Below are positions 43,111 through 52,333 of a stretch of 64,000 bases of DNA, in pieces (position 1 is the first letter of the stretch; the number at the start of each line of letters is the position of its first letter). Source of the stretch: a virus (Duplodnaviria; Caudoviricetes). A program made the translations under genes and the position numbers. The DNA lies in IMG/VR virus record IMGVR_UViG_3300024331_000152, positions 78,795-142,794 of that record. One strand, written 5' to 3'. The notes beneath the pieces were generated by a model. That model did no database searches, was not told where the DNA came from, and saw nothing but the letters and a program-made list of their open reading frames with translations.

Positions 43111-43449
43111 ATGAAACTCGCTCTGGCAGTTCTGGGGATGGCGGTGATGATGAGTGGGTGCAGAGCAGGCCCTCATGCTCATACTGGAACCGTTCGGGTA
43201 GAGGTTAGCGCTAATCGAACCGATTGGTATCTTCACGCCCCTCGCGATCAGAGGGTCTTCAAAGATGGCGATGATGAGGGGACCCAAACCTCTTCCAATA
43301 TGTGCGGCTACGTCTTCAAAAATAATATCGATGAAGGATTAGAGAATTCATGGATAGCTGCGGTGTATGGATATGGCGGCAAGGGGCCTCTTCTCTATCA
43401 CACGCGAGAGGCAGCAAATGATTACGTAGAAAGTTGGTGCAAGCCATGA
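43111..43449 (+). CDS. lipoprotein (paralog 1)
   Basis: lipobox MSGC; ends YVESWCKP. Confidence 0.7.
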   Translation: MKLALAVLGMAVMMSGCRAGPHAHTGTVRVEVSANRTDWYLHAPRDQRVFKDGDDEGTQTSSNMCGYVFKNNIDEGLENSWIAAVYGYGGKGPLLYHTREAANDYVESWCKP

Positions 43450-43754
43450 AACTTCTCGCCGCAGTTCTGGGGATTGCCTTGCTGGTGGGGTGCAGCAAGC
43501 CAGTCGTTAGCCCCGACGTCGTGCAGCACACCCGCAAAGTCTGGATGAGTGAGGATACTCTCTACTACCTGTTCACGTATCAGGGGCGCGATTATGGGTG
43601 CGGCCATATCGAGCGTTCGAACAATGGTTGGGTCTATCATGCGGACGTCAATAACTGGCACTTCGATAGAAACGCGACCATCGTCACTCCAGAGTCGGAA
43701 TGGAATTCATTTTCTGATGCAGAAAGGTTCGTTGAGCAATGGTGCAAACCGTGA
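43446..43754 (+). CDS. lipoprotein (paralog 2)
   Basis: lipobox LVGC; ends FVEQWCKP. Confidence 0.7.
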   Translation: MKLLAAVLGIALLVGCSKPVVSPDVVQHTRKVWMSEDTLYYLFTYQGRDYGCGHIERSNNGWVYHADVNNWHFDRNATIVTPESEWNSFSDAERFVEQWCKP

Positions 43755-44505
43755 AGATGTTGGCATGGATAGTTCTTGGGATTGGGATAGCGTGTGCGGG
43801 GCAGCAACCGCATACCGAGTTAAACAAGAACTATGGTTCCAGCGGAAGCGTGTATGCTGGTCAACTGCCAGTCCCAAAAGTGGCACCCCTGAAGTGCCAG
43901 AAGTATGAGCATGTTGAGCACTGGCCGGGGAATTGCGGCCCTGCTCCCTGTGATGCCAGTGGATGCTTCTGGGTTTGCACTATGCCTCCGCCTGATCACT
44001 GCGCTCCCGACCTCCACGTAGTCACAGAGAAGGAATGGCAGGAGTTACTATACGACAGGCAGAAAAGCATGGAAGTTGAAGAGAAATTGCTTGAGTGTAT
44101 TTCTGATCTTCGTGCGCAGATGAAAGCCTTGCAAGCCAAGCAGTGACCCTCTAGGGGAGAGCGCAACTAAAACAGGCACGTTTCGAGGATGTAGAGGAAG
44201 GTGGAGGGTATGTCAGAAGTAAAATTCACGGAAGCTTTTTTGATACACACTAATGACGGTCATGTACGTACAGGCCACGTCATGCTTGAAGCTGCGGTGC
44301 CGATCCTGCTGGCAGACCACGCTGCTGCATGCGAAGCGATGGAGCGCATCAAAACCAATCTGCATAGACTCATCGTGCAGCAAGATCTCGAAAGACAGGG
44401 AACCGCAACGGGTCAAGCGCTAGAACCAGCGCTTATCACAGCAAAATTGCCCGGAGTAGATATCACAGATCGTCGTCGAGGTCCGCGCGGGAAAGGAAGA
44501 AATAA

Positions 44506-44745
44506 ATGAACCAATCCCCTCTCTCTCAATTCGTCGTAGCGTGCGTAGAGAATCATGTGCCGTATCAAGAAGCATGTAACGAGTTCCGGCGCGCATGGCT
44601 CTACGAGGATCTCAAACGGAACGGAAACAATCAATGCGCTCTTGCTGAAGAGATCGGCGTGCATCGAAATACCATAAGCCGATTCCTTCGGTCGCTCCAA
44701 GTCCATATTCCAGAAGGTAAAAAGAGAATGCGACATCATGCTTAA
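44506..44745 (+). CDS. Fis-like HTH protein
   Basis: GNNQCALAEEIGVHRNTISR. Confidence 0.7.
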   Translation: MNQSPLSQFVVACVENHVPYQEACNEFRRAWLYEDLKRNGNNQCALAEEIGVHRNTISRFLRSLQVHIPEGKKRMRHHA

Positions 44746-44977
44746 CGTACTGGCTCTGATTATGATCGTCGCTCTGATCTTCGTCACGCTCATGGGTCTT
44801 GCGTGCATCTCCGGATATCTCTTAATCTTTTTTATTATGAGACTAATCGGAGTACGGAATGTGCCAAAAAGAGACTAATGCCGAATATCTCCTGAGGGTC
44901 ATTCTCACGGCGCTGAATGCGCAGGTGTGGCTCAAGAGTCAAACGAACGCTCAACTAAAAGTTAAGCGAGGGTCATC

Positions 44978-45643
44978 ATGTTCATCGATCCGAACATTCA
45001 CCTAATCGAGCCACCGATCATTCACGTCCAATCTGATGGTTCCAATATCGGCGGCGTAGATCCGGCCCACTACAGCTACCAGATCGTACCCGATACAGTG
45101 AATCAGGGACTTCTCTTGAACACTGCTGGTACTACTCAGCAAGGAAAGTATCCAGCTTGGCTGTGGGGGGCTCATCCTCGACCGATCAAGTCTACCAGCG
45201 GGAAATTCTCACTGTCGTACTCGGCGATTTTCGGCGGCGACTTGAGAGGTATGAATGTTTTCGAAACCGACACGATTCTTATCTCGCAGTGCGCAGACGG
45301 AAAACGGCGCAAGTTTAATCTGTCACTCCAGCGGCATGCAACTACCGGCCAGATCGATATCGGTAACTGGACAAATACAAAGATCATGACCGGGCCGATT
45401 CAGCGCGAAACAAACTATAACGTTCGAATCGACTACTCGTGGAACGCAGTGAAGAATATCTGTTCGGTCGTGACCTATGAGCTTAACAGTGTGAGGTACG
45501 AGATCCCGCTGGCACTGCAAAATATGCCTGCGACTGATACAAACTGGTCGATTGGCGCTCTCCCACAAATTCAATTGGGATCATTGCCATCAGCTCAAGC
45601 GTGGAACGTAAAAATCTCGAAACTGGACTACTGGTGGTACTAG
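44978..45643 (+). CDS. hypothetical beta-rich protein
   Basis: 221-aa ORF with SD. Confidence 0.6.
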   Translation: MFIDPNIHLIEPPIIHVQSDGSNIGGVDPAHYSYQIVPDTVNQGLLLNTAGTTQQGKYPAWLWGAHPRPIKSTSGKFSLSYSAIFGGDLRGMNVFETDTILISQCADGKRRKFNLSLQRHATTGQIDIGNWTNTKIMTGPIQRETNYNVRIDYSWNAVKNICSVVTYELNSVRYEIPLALQNMPATDTNWSIGALPQIQLGSLPSAQAWNVKISKLDYWWY

Positions 45644-46177
45644 GTGAACGGACCGTTCGACAGAATCGATGGAATTGTTGAAGACAAGGCAGAGTTTTCA
45701 CCTTGCGACGTCTATCGATACACGTTGACACGCAATTGGGCTGATGGTCAATGCATCGCATGGCTGCTATTCAACCCGAGTACCGCTACCGCTGAACTCA
45801 ATGACCCAACGATAAGAAAGGCTATCGGGTTCTCGAAACGATGGGGATTCGGCAGGCTGATCATTCTCAATCTCTATGCAGTACGGAACACTGACCCTCG
45901 TGCGGTAACGCGCATGGGGGCCAGTGCTGTCGGTCCCATGAACGACTACTGGATACTCAAGAGCCTCGGTGAGGCGCGTGAGCTGGTGTGCGCGTGGGGT
46001 TGCGCACAGCATGCGCCAGAGATCGACATTCGGATCGCCGAAGTGATGAAGTTGATCGAAGAGCGTATGCCTGAAGTTCCAATGTCGTGTCTCGGCTACC
46101 GGAAAGATGGACATCCCCGGCATCCGCTGATGATCGGATACGACACAAAACGTATTGAGTTCGAGGCAAGAAAATGA
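45644..46177 (+). CDS. DUF1643 family protein
   Basis: YRYTLTRNW, FNPSTA..DPT, NLYAVR.TDP, AWG, GHPRHPL. Confidence 0.85.
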   Translation: MNGPFDRIDGIVEDKAEFSPCDVYRYTLTRNWADGQCIAWLLFNPSTATAELNDPTIRKAIGFSKRWGFGRLIILNLYAVRNTDPRAVTRMGASAVGPMNDYWILKSLGEARELVCAWGCAQHAPEIDIRIAEVMKLIEERMPEVPMSCLGYRKDGHPRHPLMIGYDTKRIEFEARK

Positions 46178-46395
46178 CGACCCGAGAAGTGATGGACATT
46201 CGCGCTGCCGCAGAGTATCTTGGCATCAGTCCTGACACACTCTACAAATACGCAACTGAACGTGCGGTGCCTGCATTTAAGATGGGTAACCGCTGGCGCT
46301 TTAAAAAGTCTCGTCTTGATGAGTGGATGGATCAGGAGATCGACAAAGGTGCAAAAAACTTAGATGGCCAAAGCAAGACCGAGAATCGATTTTGA
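46174..46395 (+). CDS. excisionase-like HTH_17 protein
   Basis: AAEYLGISPDTLY..VPAFKMGNRWRF. Confidence 0.85.
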   Translation: MTTREVMDIRAAAEYLGISPDTLYKYATERAVPAFKMGNRWRFKKSRLDEWMDQEIDKGAKNLDGQSKTENRF

Positions 46396-46918
46396 TGGAG
46401 CCAAGCCATTTAAGGTTGATGGTGTTTATTGCAGGCTTATTTCTTTAACAAGAGGAATGTTAACCATCGTCAATGACTCCGATTATATGTGGCTGTCTCA
46501 ATGGAACTGGCGCGCTAAACTCGTTAAGTCAACGAATACATTTTATGCTTTAAGAAATAGTTCCCTTAAGGATGGTCGCAGGACCGCAATTTACATGCAT
46601 CGAGAGATTCTAGGTCTAAAGTTTGGCGATCCGCGCGAGGTTGATCATATTCGTTCCAACGAGACGCTCAATAATAGCCGATCTAATTTGCGCGTAGCAA
46701 CACACGCGGAGAACATGTGCAACCGACAGATTCATCGGAATAATGCGTGCGGATATAAAGGTGTAAGATTTAATCGCAAGATCAACAAATGGCAAGCGGT
46801 CATCTGGCTTGATCGTAAACAAACCCATCTTGGAAGCTTTGAGACTCCAGAAGGCGCGCATGAAGCCTACAAATGTGCTGCCGCCGCACTTCACGGCGAA
46901 TTCGCGAGGTTCAGATGA
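46364..46918 (+). CDS. HNH-AP2 homing endonuclease
   Basis: YMHREI, VDH..NNSRSNLR, GYKGV, HGEFAR. Confidence 0.9.
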   Translation: MAKARPRIDFDGAKPFKVDGVYCRLISLTRGMLTIVNDSDYMWLSQWNWRAKLVKSTNTFYALRNSSLKDGRRTAIYMHREILGLKFGDPREVDHIRSNETLNNSRSNLRVATHAENMCNRQIHRNNACGYKGVRFNRKINKWQAVIWLDRKQTHLGSFETPEGAHEAYKCAAAALHGEFARFR

Positions 46919-47343
46919 GAGCAAAAAAGCGTATTCTCTGTATCGATGATGATGAGCAGGAACTTTCTACGTTAGCATTTACATTACGAACGCACGGCTA
47001 TTACGTATTTTCAACGCCTATCCCAGATGATGCCATCTCTCTTTTTGCGGACAATGCTGTGGATCTTGTTCTCTGCGACATGTTCATGCCGAAGATGAAC
47101 GGCAGCGACTTAATCTTGAGACTGAAGAACCTCAAATCGTCTGTGCCAATGATTTTGATCGGAGACGCACGCAAGATGAACGGCTTTGTCCATGGCGCAG
47201 ACGCGCTTTTGCACAAGCCGTCGCTGTCGCCCGCTGAACTTTATGAGAGGATCAAAATCATGAGTGCCCGGAAACGAGGTCCGCGCCCGGGCACTCGTCA
47301 GGCAGCTAAGCCGCTTTCTTCGTTGACGGCCTGCCTCGCTTAA
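46915..47343 (+). CDS. single-domain response regulator (receiver)
   Basis: ILCIDDD, DLVLCDMFMPKMNG, KP; C-terminal ARKRGPR. Confidence 0.85.
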   Translation: MRAKKRILCIDDDEQELSTLAFTLRTHGYYVFSTPIPDDAISLFADNAVDLVLCDMFMPKMNGSDLILRLKNLKSSVPMILIGDARKMNGFVHGADALLHKPSLSPAELYERIKIMSARKRGPRPGTRQAAKPLSSLTACLA

Positions 47344-47971
47344 CTTCAAAACTGTCCGGAACAGGAATGGGATCGATATCGGCTCCTACCCCGAATTTCG
47401 TCATCTCCATTCCAATCAGAGATCGCACCCAGTTGCGACGTTCCTGTTTCGGAACTCTATTCAAGCTGATCTCGACCGCGTGAAGAGCGCGCTTCATGAG
47501 GACCTCCGGCGTGTGGTGCACGCTGATGACCTTCTGTTTCTTCTTTTCGAGACCATCCAGATACTGGATAATCTTCGCGGTGTCGTTTGTTTTCGGGGGA
47601 CGATACGTCTTGAAGATGTTGGGCTTATTGACAGCCCGGTAGTTTCTACTGAGGGCGATGTCGATCACCTTTTTTGGGGCGTACTCGGTAGCCGCCTTAT
47701 AGAGATTGATGTAGTTGAAAGCGGTCGAGCGGCTCATGTGGAAGGATCGCTTCAGAAAACGCACGAAGAGTCTTTTTGGTGCCAAGATCTCCTGCGCCCG
47801 CAGAAGATGCTGTCCAATCGCAAGGCGAGATTTACCTTCAGCGTGGAGCGCGTCAGCGATGGCCCGATATTCAACTCGTAAAGAGGTTTGTTCCTGAGGT
47901 TCAAGCTTCTCCCACCCGCGCAGAGTTTCGAGATCTGCGGATGGCAATAGACCATAGGCGCGACTTGCCAT
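47306..47971 (-). CDS. DUF3102-like protein
   Basis: IGQHLLRAQE..F.RFL..F.MSRSTAFNYI. Confidence 0.55.
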   Translation of the reverse strand: MASRAYGLLPSADLETLRGWEKLEPQEQTSLRVEYRAIADALHAEGKSRLAIGQHLLRAQEILAPKRLFVRFLKRSFHMSRSTAFNYINLYKAATEYAPKKVIDIALSRNYRAVNKPNIFKTYRPPKTNDTAKIIQYLDGLEKKKQKVISVHHTPEVLMKRALHAVEISLNRVPKQERRNWVRSLIGMEMTKFGVGADIDPIPVPDSFEVKRGRPSTKKAA

Positions 47972-48576
47972 TATGTTTTTCTCCCGGCCCCAAAATAGGG
48001 GTTTTGCCCTCTCGGATGGTGCTTTCCACAGCCGAGTTGCCTAATTGTATACCTGTTTTCCACAGATGCCTATAAAAGCATTGACTCGTATATTCTAAAG
48101 TGGGAGGATTCAATGGTTTAACGTACCTAAAAAATCAGGAAAACTGCGATTTTGGCAATTGTGATGTCATTCCCGCAAGAGAAAACAAGTGCCGCCGTGC
48201 TCGTGACCCGGTACGTATTCGCCGGTTTGTTATACCTAGCAGCTGCGATATTCTTGTTTTCTGTCGGTTCATTCGTGATCGTAGTTCTGTATAAGATGTG
48301 GCGATTTATCTGGGGATGATCGATGAAAACTCCAGCAGAACGGCAGACCCAGATAAGGGACTGCTTGCGCAAACGCAAAGCGCGCCTAAAGATCCGGAAT
48401 CTCTGTCAGGATTGTGGTAAGAACCCGCCTGAGACCGGGAAGACCTTATGTAAAGAGTGCCTCGGCGACCGGCGAAGTCGTGCTGCAAAAAAGTAGCAGA
48501 TCTAAAAACGATTTGACGAAGCGCATAATTAGCGTAGGATATGTCTGAATCAATTACACAGAGGTCCTGAAGCTAG

Positions 48577-48810
48577 ATGGCTAGACCAAAGCCTACCGCA
48601 GCCGACATCAAGGAGCGGGAAGAACTCGCCGTGCGGCTAAAGAAGTTCATGAAGGATAAAATGTTCAGTGAGCAGAGGCTTGCAGAAGTCGCTGACATTT
48701 CCCGGCGTACAATCCAAATGATTAAGGCCGGTGGGGTGACACCTCATCCGGACACGCTCAGAAAGTTAAATACCATCTTCAGACGGCATGAAGCGAACAG
48801 GAATCGCTAA
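48577..48810 (+). CDS. XRE-family HTH regulator
   Basis: SEQRLAEVADISRRTIQMIKAG..P..TLRKL; TTGACG-N16-TAGGAT at 48513-48540. Confidence 0.75.
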   Translation: MARPKPTAADIKEREELAVRLKKFMKDKMFSEQRLAEVADISRRTIQMIKAGGVTPHPDTLRKLNTIFRRHEANRNR

Positions 48811-48824
48811 AGGAGATTCACCGC

Positions 48825-49274
48825 GTGGCGACAAACATCGAGAATGCAGTACAGGGACTCAGCGGTCACGAGATCATCACTGATCTTCTATACCAAGTCG
48901 AAAAACAGCTCCAGCGGGATTGCAACCTCACGCCAATGTGCTGCTACGAAGGCGGATACGAGGCCGAGGTGCAGGTAAAGCTGAAGCTTCATGGAATCGA
49001 TGTCGAGAAAGTGGACACCACGGTTTCGGTCGGCGTGCACGACGAACGTCCCGGCACGGTCGTGGAAGAGTCAGTCAAGGTAGATCGCGACGAGCGCCTT
49101 GATCAAGTTCGCAAACGCTCTGAGCAGCCAATTCCAACGATGACAAAGGATGGGGATGGCAAGCCAGTCGTGAAACAGCGCCGCTACCAGCAAGCTGTTC
49201 CGCACGCAGTCAATGCAGTCACTCCTGAGCGCGGCGAAGGCGGGGCGACCGGTGACCAGTTGGAGCAGGAATAG
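48825..49274 (+). CDS. hypothetical protein
   Basis: AAGGAG SD, GTG start. Confidence 0.6.
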   Translation: MATNIENAVQGLSGHEIITDLLYQVEKQLQRDCNLTPMCCYEGGYEAEVQVKLKLHGIDVEKVDTTVSVGVHDERPGTVVEESVKVDRDERLDQVRKRSEQPIPTMTKDGDGKPVVKQRRYQQAVPHAVNAVTPERGEGGATGDQLEQE

Positions 49275-49398
49275 TCCAGAATCTGGATTGACGGGAGAAA
49301 GTGACAGGCGGCATGCGACTTATGGGATCGCATGCCGCAATTTTTATATTTTGCACAATTAAAATCTGTGCATACTGGGATCAGGAGATCCCGTCGCT

Positions 49399-50400
49399 AT
49401 GATTACGCATCACACTCCGCTAACGCTATTCATCATCAAGCGCTTCCATACCTACAACAATATTGCCTGCCACCCCACGTCTAACGGGCTCCGTACCTCA
49501 GCGCAGATCATTGTCGATATGCTGCTTGCCGAAGGGAAGCGAGCGAAGCTGGTCGAGGCTATCGACGGAAACTGCATCGACCGTCTGGTAAACGAGAATA
49601 AGCCAGATCGCGTGGTGATCGAGGCAGTTTGGGTTACGCCAGCCAAAATAGCCGAACTGCAAAAGCTTTGGCCGAAAGTTCGCTGGACGATTCGAATCCA
49701 TTCCGAGATCCCATTTCTTGCGCATGAAGGCAACGCAATCGACTGGATTTACCAGTACGTCACTCAGAACATCGAGATTGCTTTCAACTCAGCCCAGATC
49801 ATACATGACTTCAATGTTTTGGCACAGGCTGCTTACCTTCCGAACTACTACCCGCTCCGCAAGCCGCGTCCATGCCGTCCCGACGATCACGTAATCGACG
49901 TGGGTTGCTTCGGCGCGATTCGTCCTCTCAAGAATCAGCTCATGCAGGCATTTGCTGCTGTACGTTATGCGCGCATTCACGGGAGGAAGCTGCGCTTTCA
50001 TATGAACAGCACGAGACAGGAACAAGGCGGCGGCAATGTTCTCAAGAACATCATTGCGCTATCTAAGGCGGCTAATTTTGAGCTTGTGATGCATGAATGG
50101 CTAGAGCACGCCGAATTTCTTGAACTGATCGGCAGTATGGATATCGTTCTTCAGGTCTCTTTGAGTGAAACATTCTGCATCACCGCTGCCGACGCCGTCA
50201 GCATGGGCGTGCCAATGGTGGGATCGGAAACGATTCCGTGGCTCCCAAAATTTTCGCAAGCAGATCCGGCGAACGCGCAGAGTATCGTTGATGCCATGGA
50301 ACGAGAGAACCGCGTTATTGTCTGGATGAACCGAGAGCATCTTGAGCGGTATCTTCACCAGACCGTGGAGGTATGGAACAAATGGTTGGCAAATTCTTAA
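49399..50400 (+). CDS. GT-B fold glycosyltransferase (GT4-like)
   Basis: FGAIRPLKN, QVSLSETFCITAADAVSMGVP. Confidence 0.75.
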   Translation: MITHHTPLTLFIIKRFHTYNNIACHPTSNGLRTSAQIIVDMLLAEGKRAKLVEAIDGNCIDRLVNENKPDRVVIEAVWVTPAKIAELQKLWPKVRWTIRIHSEIPFLAHEGNAIDWIYQYVTQNIEIAFNSAQIIHDFNVLAQAAYLPNYYPLRKPRPCRPDDHVIDVGCFGAIRPLKNQLMQAFAAVRYARIHGRKLRFHMNSTRQEQGGGNVLKNIIALSKAANFELVMHEWLEHAEFLELIGSMDIVLQVSLSETFCITAADAVSMGVPMVGSETIPWLPKFSQADPANAQSIVDAMERENRVIVWMNREHLERYLHQTVEVWNKWLANS

Positions 50401-51318
50401 TCGCGCTGGCGCTACTGGTGCCAGTTGCAGGCGCTGCTCAGTCAGCAAAAGTAATCGTCTTGAGCGACGCAGATGCCGCAGAAGCTAAATCTCTTCACCG
50501 TAAACTCCAAGAGATTTTAGATAAACAGAAGGCGCTGGAGAGCAAGATTAAGGCGAAGTATATCGTCGCCGCACACGACAAGAATAATGGCGGAATTTGC
50601 GGCACGGATGGATGTTACGACTCGGAGTGGGGTAGTGGTTTCGAATACAGTGAAGACTTTCGATTTGTCGTTCCTGTCCCAGCTCGTCCATATAACGGAA
50701 ATTCAATGCTCAACTGCGTAATACCGACCTTCTCAAACGGCGGAATAGCCATCGCGAACTAGGGAGAATACATGAAGGCAATTACTCTTGTTTTATTTGT
50801 CGCTACGTTGTCGTTCGGGCAAGACAATAAGGGAACATCAAAGGCTCCAGAAGTTCCGAAAGATGTGGTAGCCCGCTATTTCAAGGCAGCAGCCCAGCAG
50901 GCTCAATCACAAGTCATTCTCGACCGCGCGCAAAAAGACTTCGAAACAAAAACCCAGCTTGTGCAGCAAGTCGTACTCGAAATGACGAAGGTGTGCGGCG
51001 AGAAGTACCAGCCGAACCTGAGCGCGCAAGGTGACCCTGAGTGCATCGTCAAGCCAAAGGCGGCGGAGCCTGCAAAGAAGTGAGAAAACTGAGAGATATC
51101 TTTGCGCGCTTCTTACGGCGAAGCGAACACCGTATTTGCCGGAAGTGTCGCAAGCAAATCAGGAAGCGACACCGCTGGCATCAGGTGCGAGTAGGGTGGT
51201 TCGCTCCGTGGTATACCTGTGAACGCTGGAATTGCGACAATCCAACCGCAGATCCAAAACGACCATCCGCGCCGCCCGGAGATAATTTGCCGTTCGAGGC
51301 GGTTGAGATAATTGTTGA

Positions 51319-51753
51319 ATGAATTTGACTGAGGATCAATTCGAGCGGATCATCAATGTGGCTGAACGCGGAATTACGGCTTTTGAGTCGGTCGCACATT
51401 CTCTCGCCGGACTCAATGTGTCCGTGCAGAAACTCGCGCGCAAATACGCGCCGGAGCCGAGACGACAAGAGGATGCGCGCGAAGCTGTCGTGAGCAGGGT
51501 ACCAACCGAAGATGATAAGGCAAAAGAAGCTCAGGGAGCCAGCGACAAACCAATCGGAGAATGGTTCAATCTTGACGACGACGACGAAGAAGAAGAAATC
51601 GGCCCTCGCGAAAAGCAAATCCGCGAACAGCAGCGACGTGCCCAAGCTGAGAAAGAAAGTAGATCGGACACTGGAAGCCCTGAAGAGGCTGGGAGTGACG
51701 GAACAAGAGATGGTGGGAACGCCCCAGATAACACCAATGTTCAAGAACGCTGA
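51319..51753 (+). CDS. hypothetical acidic protein
   Basis: ATGA coupling; overlaps next gene. Confidence 0.5.
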   Translation: MNLTEDQFERIINVAERGITAFESVAHSLAGLNVSVQKLARKYAPEPRRQEDAREAVVSRVPTEDDKAKEAQGASDKPIGEWFNLDDDDEEEEIGPREKQIREQQRRAQAEKESRSDTGSPEEAGSDGTRDGGNAPDNTNVQER

Positions 51754-52294
51754 AGGCGGCCTGCGCGCAGTTCTTGAGGCGATGAGATTCTATAACGACG
51801 ACGAGATCTCACGTTTTCTGTCTAAGTTTGATGCCGTTCGAGAAGGTGATAGGGAGCGACTGCCATGGGAGGCTATTGCGGTTTCTGCTGGGGTCAATCC
51901 AAGGCACCTTGTTGGATCAATTCTCGTTGCACTTCAAGCCCATTCGGTTAGCGCGGTGCGAGTGATTGCTTTATCTGGTCATGCGAAAGTTATGAAGAAG
52001 ACGGTTGAGTATGCTCAACTGCCAAGCGGTGAAAGAGATCGCTCCATGTTGTTTCAGGGCTTAGGTTTCCTTCCTTCGCCTAAAGGCCCAACGTTTATAG
52101 GTAAGGCGATATTTGGAAACGACCGCAGAGATTCCGATGATGAAGATGGAGTCAGCAAAGCGAAGCCGGTCGAGACCGTACAAATATTCGGCAAGGACGA
52201 TGATCTCGAACAGCTATTCCCGTCGTCAGAGGTGATTCAAGAGAAACTGATTCCACTCAGACAAAAACAACTGACTGCCTCAAACAAGAAGTAA
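51512..52294 (+). CDS. putative terminase small subunit (start uncertain)
   Basis: directly upstream of terminase large subunit; helical; basic N-terminus. Confidence 0.5.
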   Translation: MIRQKKLREPATNQSENGSILTTTTKKKKSALAKSKSANSSDVPKLRKKVDRTLEALKRLGVTEQEMVGTPQITPMFKNAEGGLRAVLEAMRFYNDDEISRFLSKFDAVREGDRERLPWEAIAVSAGVNPRHLVGSILVALQAHSVSAVRVIALSGHAKVMKKTVEYAQLPSGERDRSMLFQGLGFLPSPKGPTFIGKAIFGNDRRDSDDEDGVSKAKPVETVQIFGKDDDLEQLFPSSEVIQEKLIPLRQKQLTASNKK

Positions 52295-52333
52295 CGCGAC
52301 AACTCGATCCGGGGGGACTTTGGAGGGTACCTA

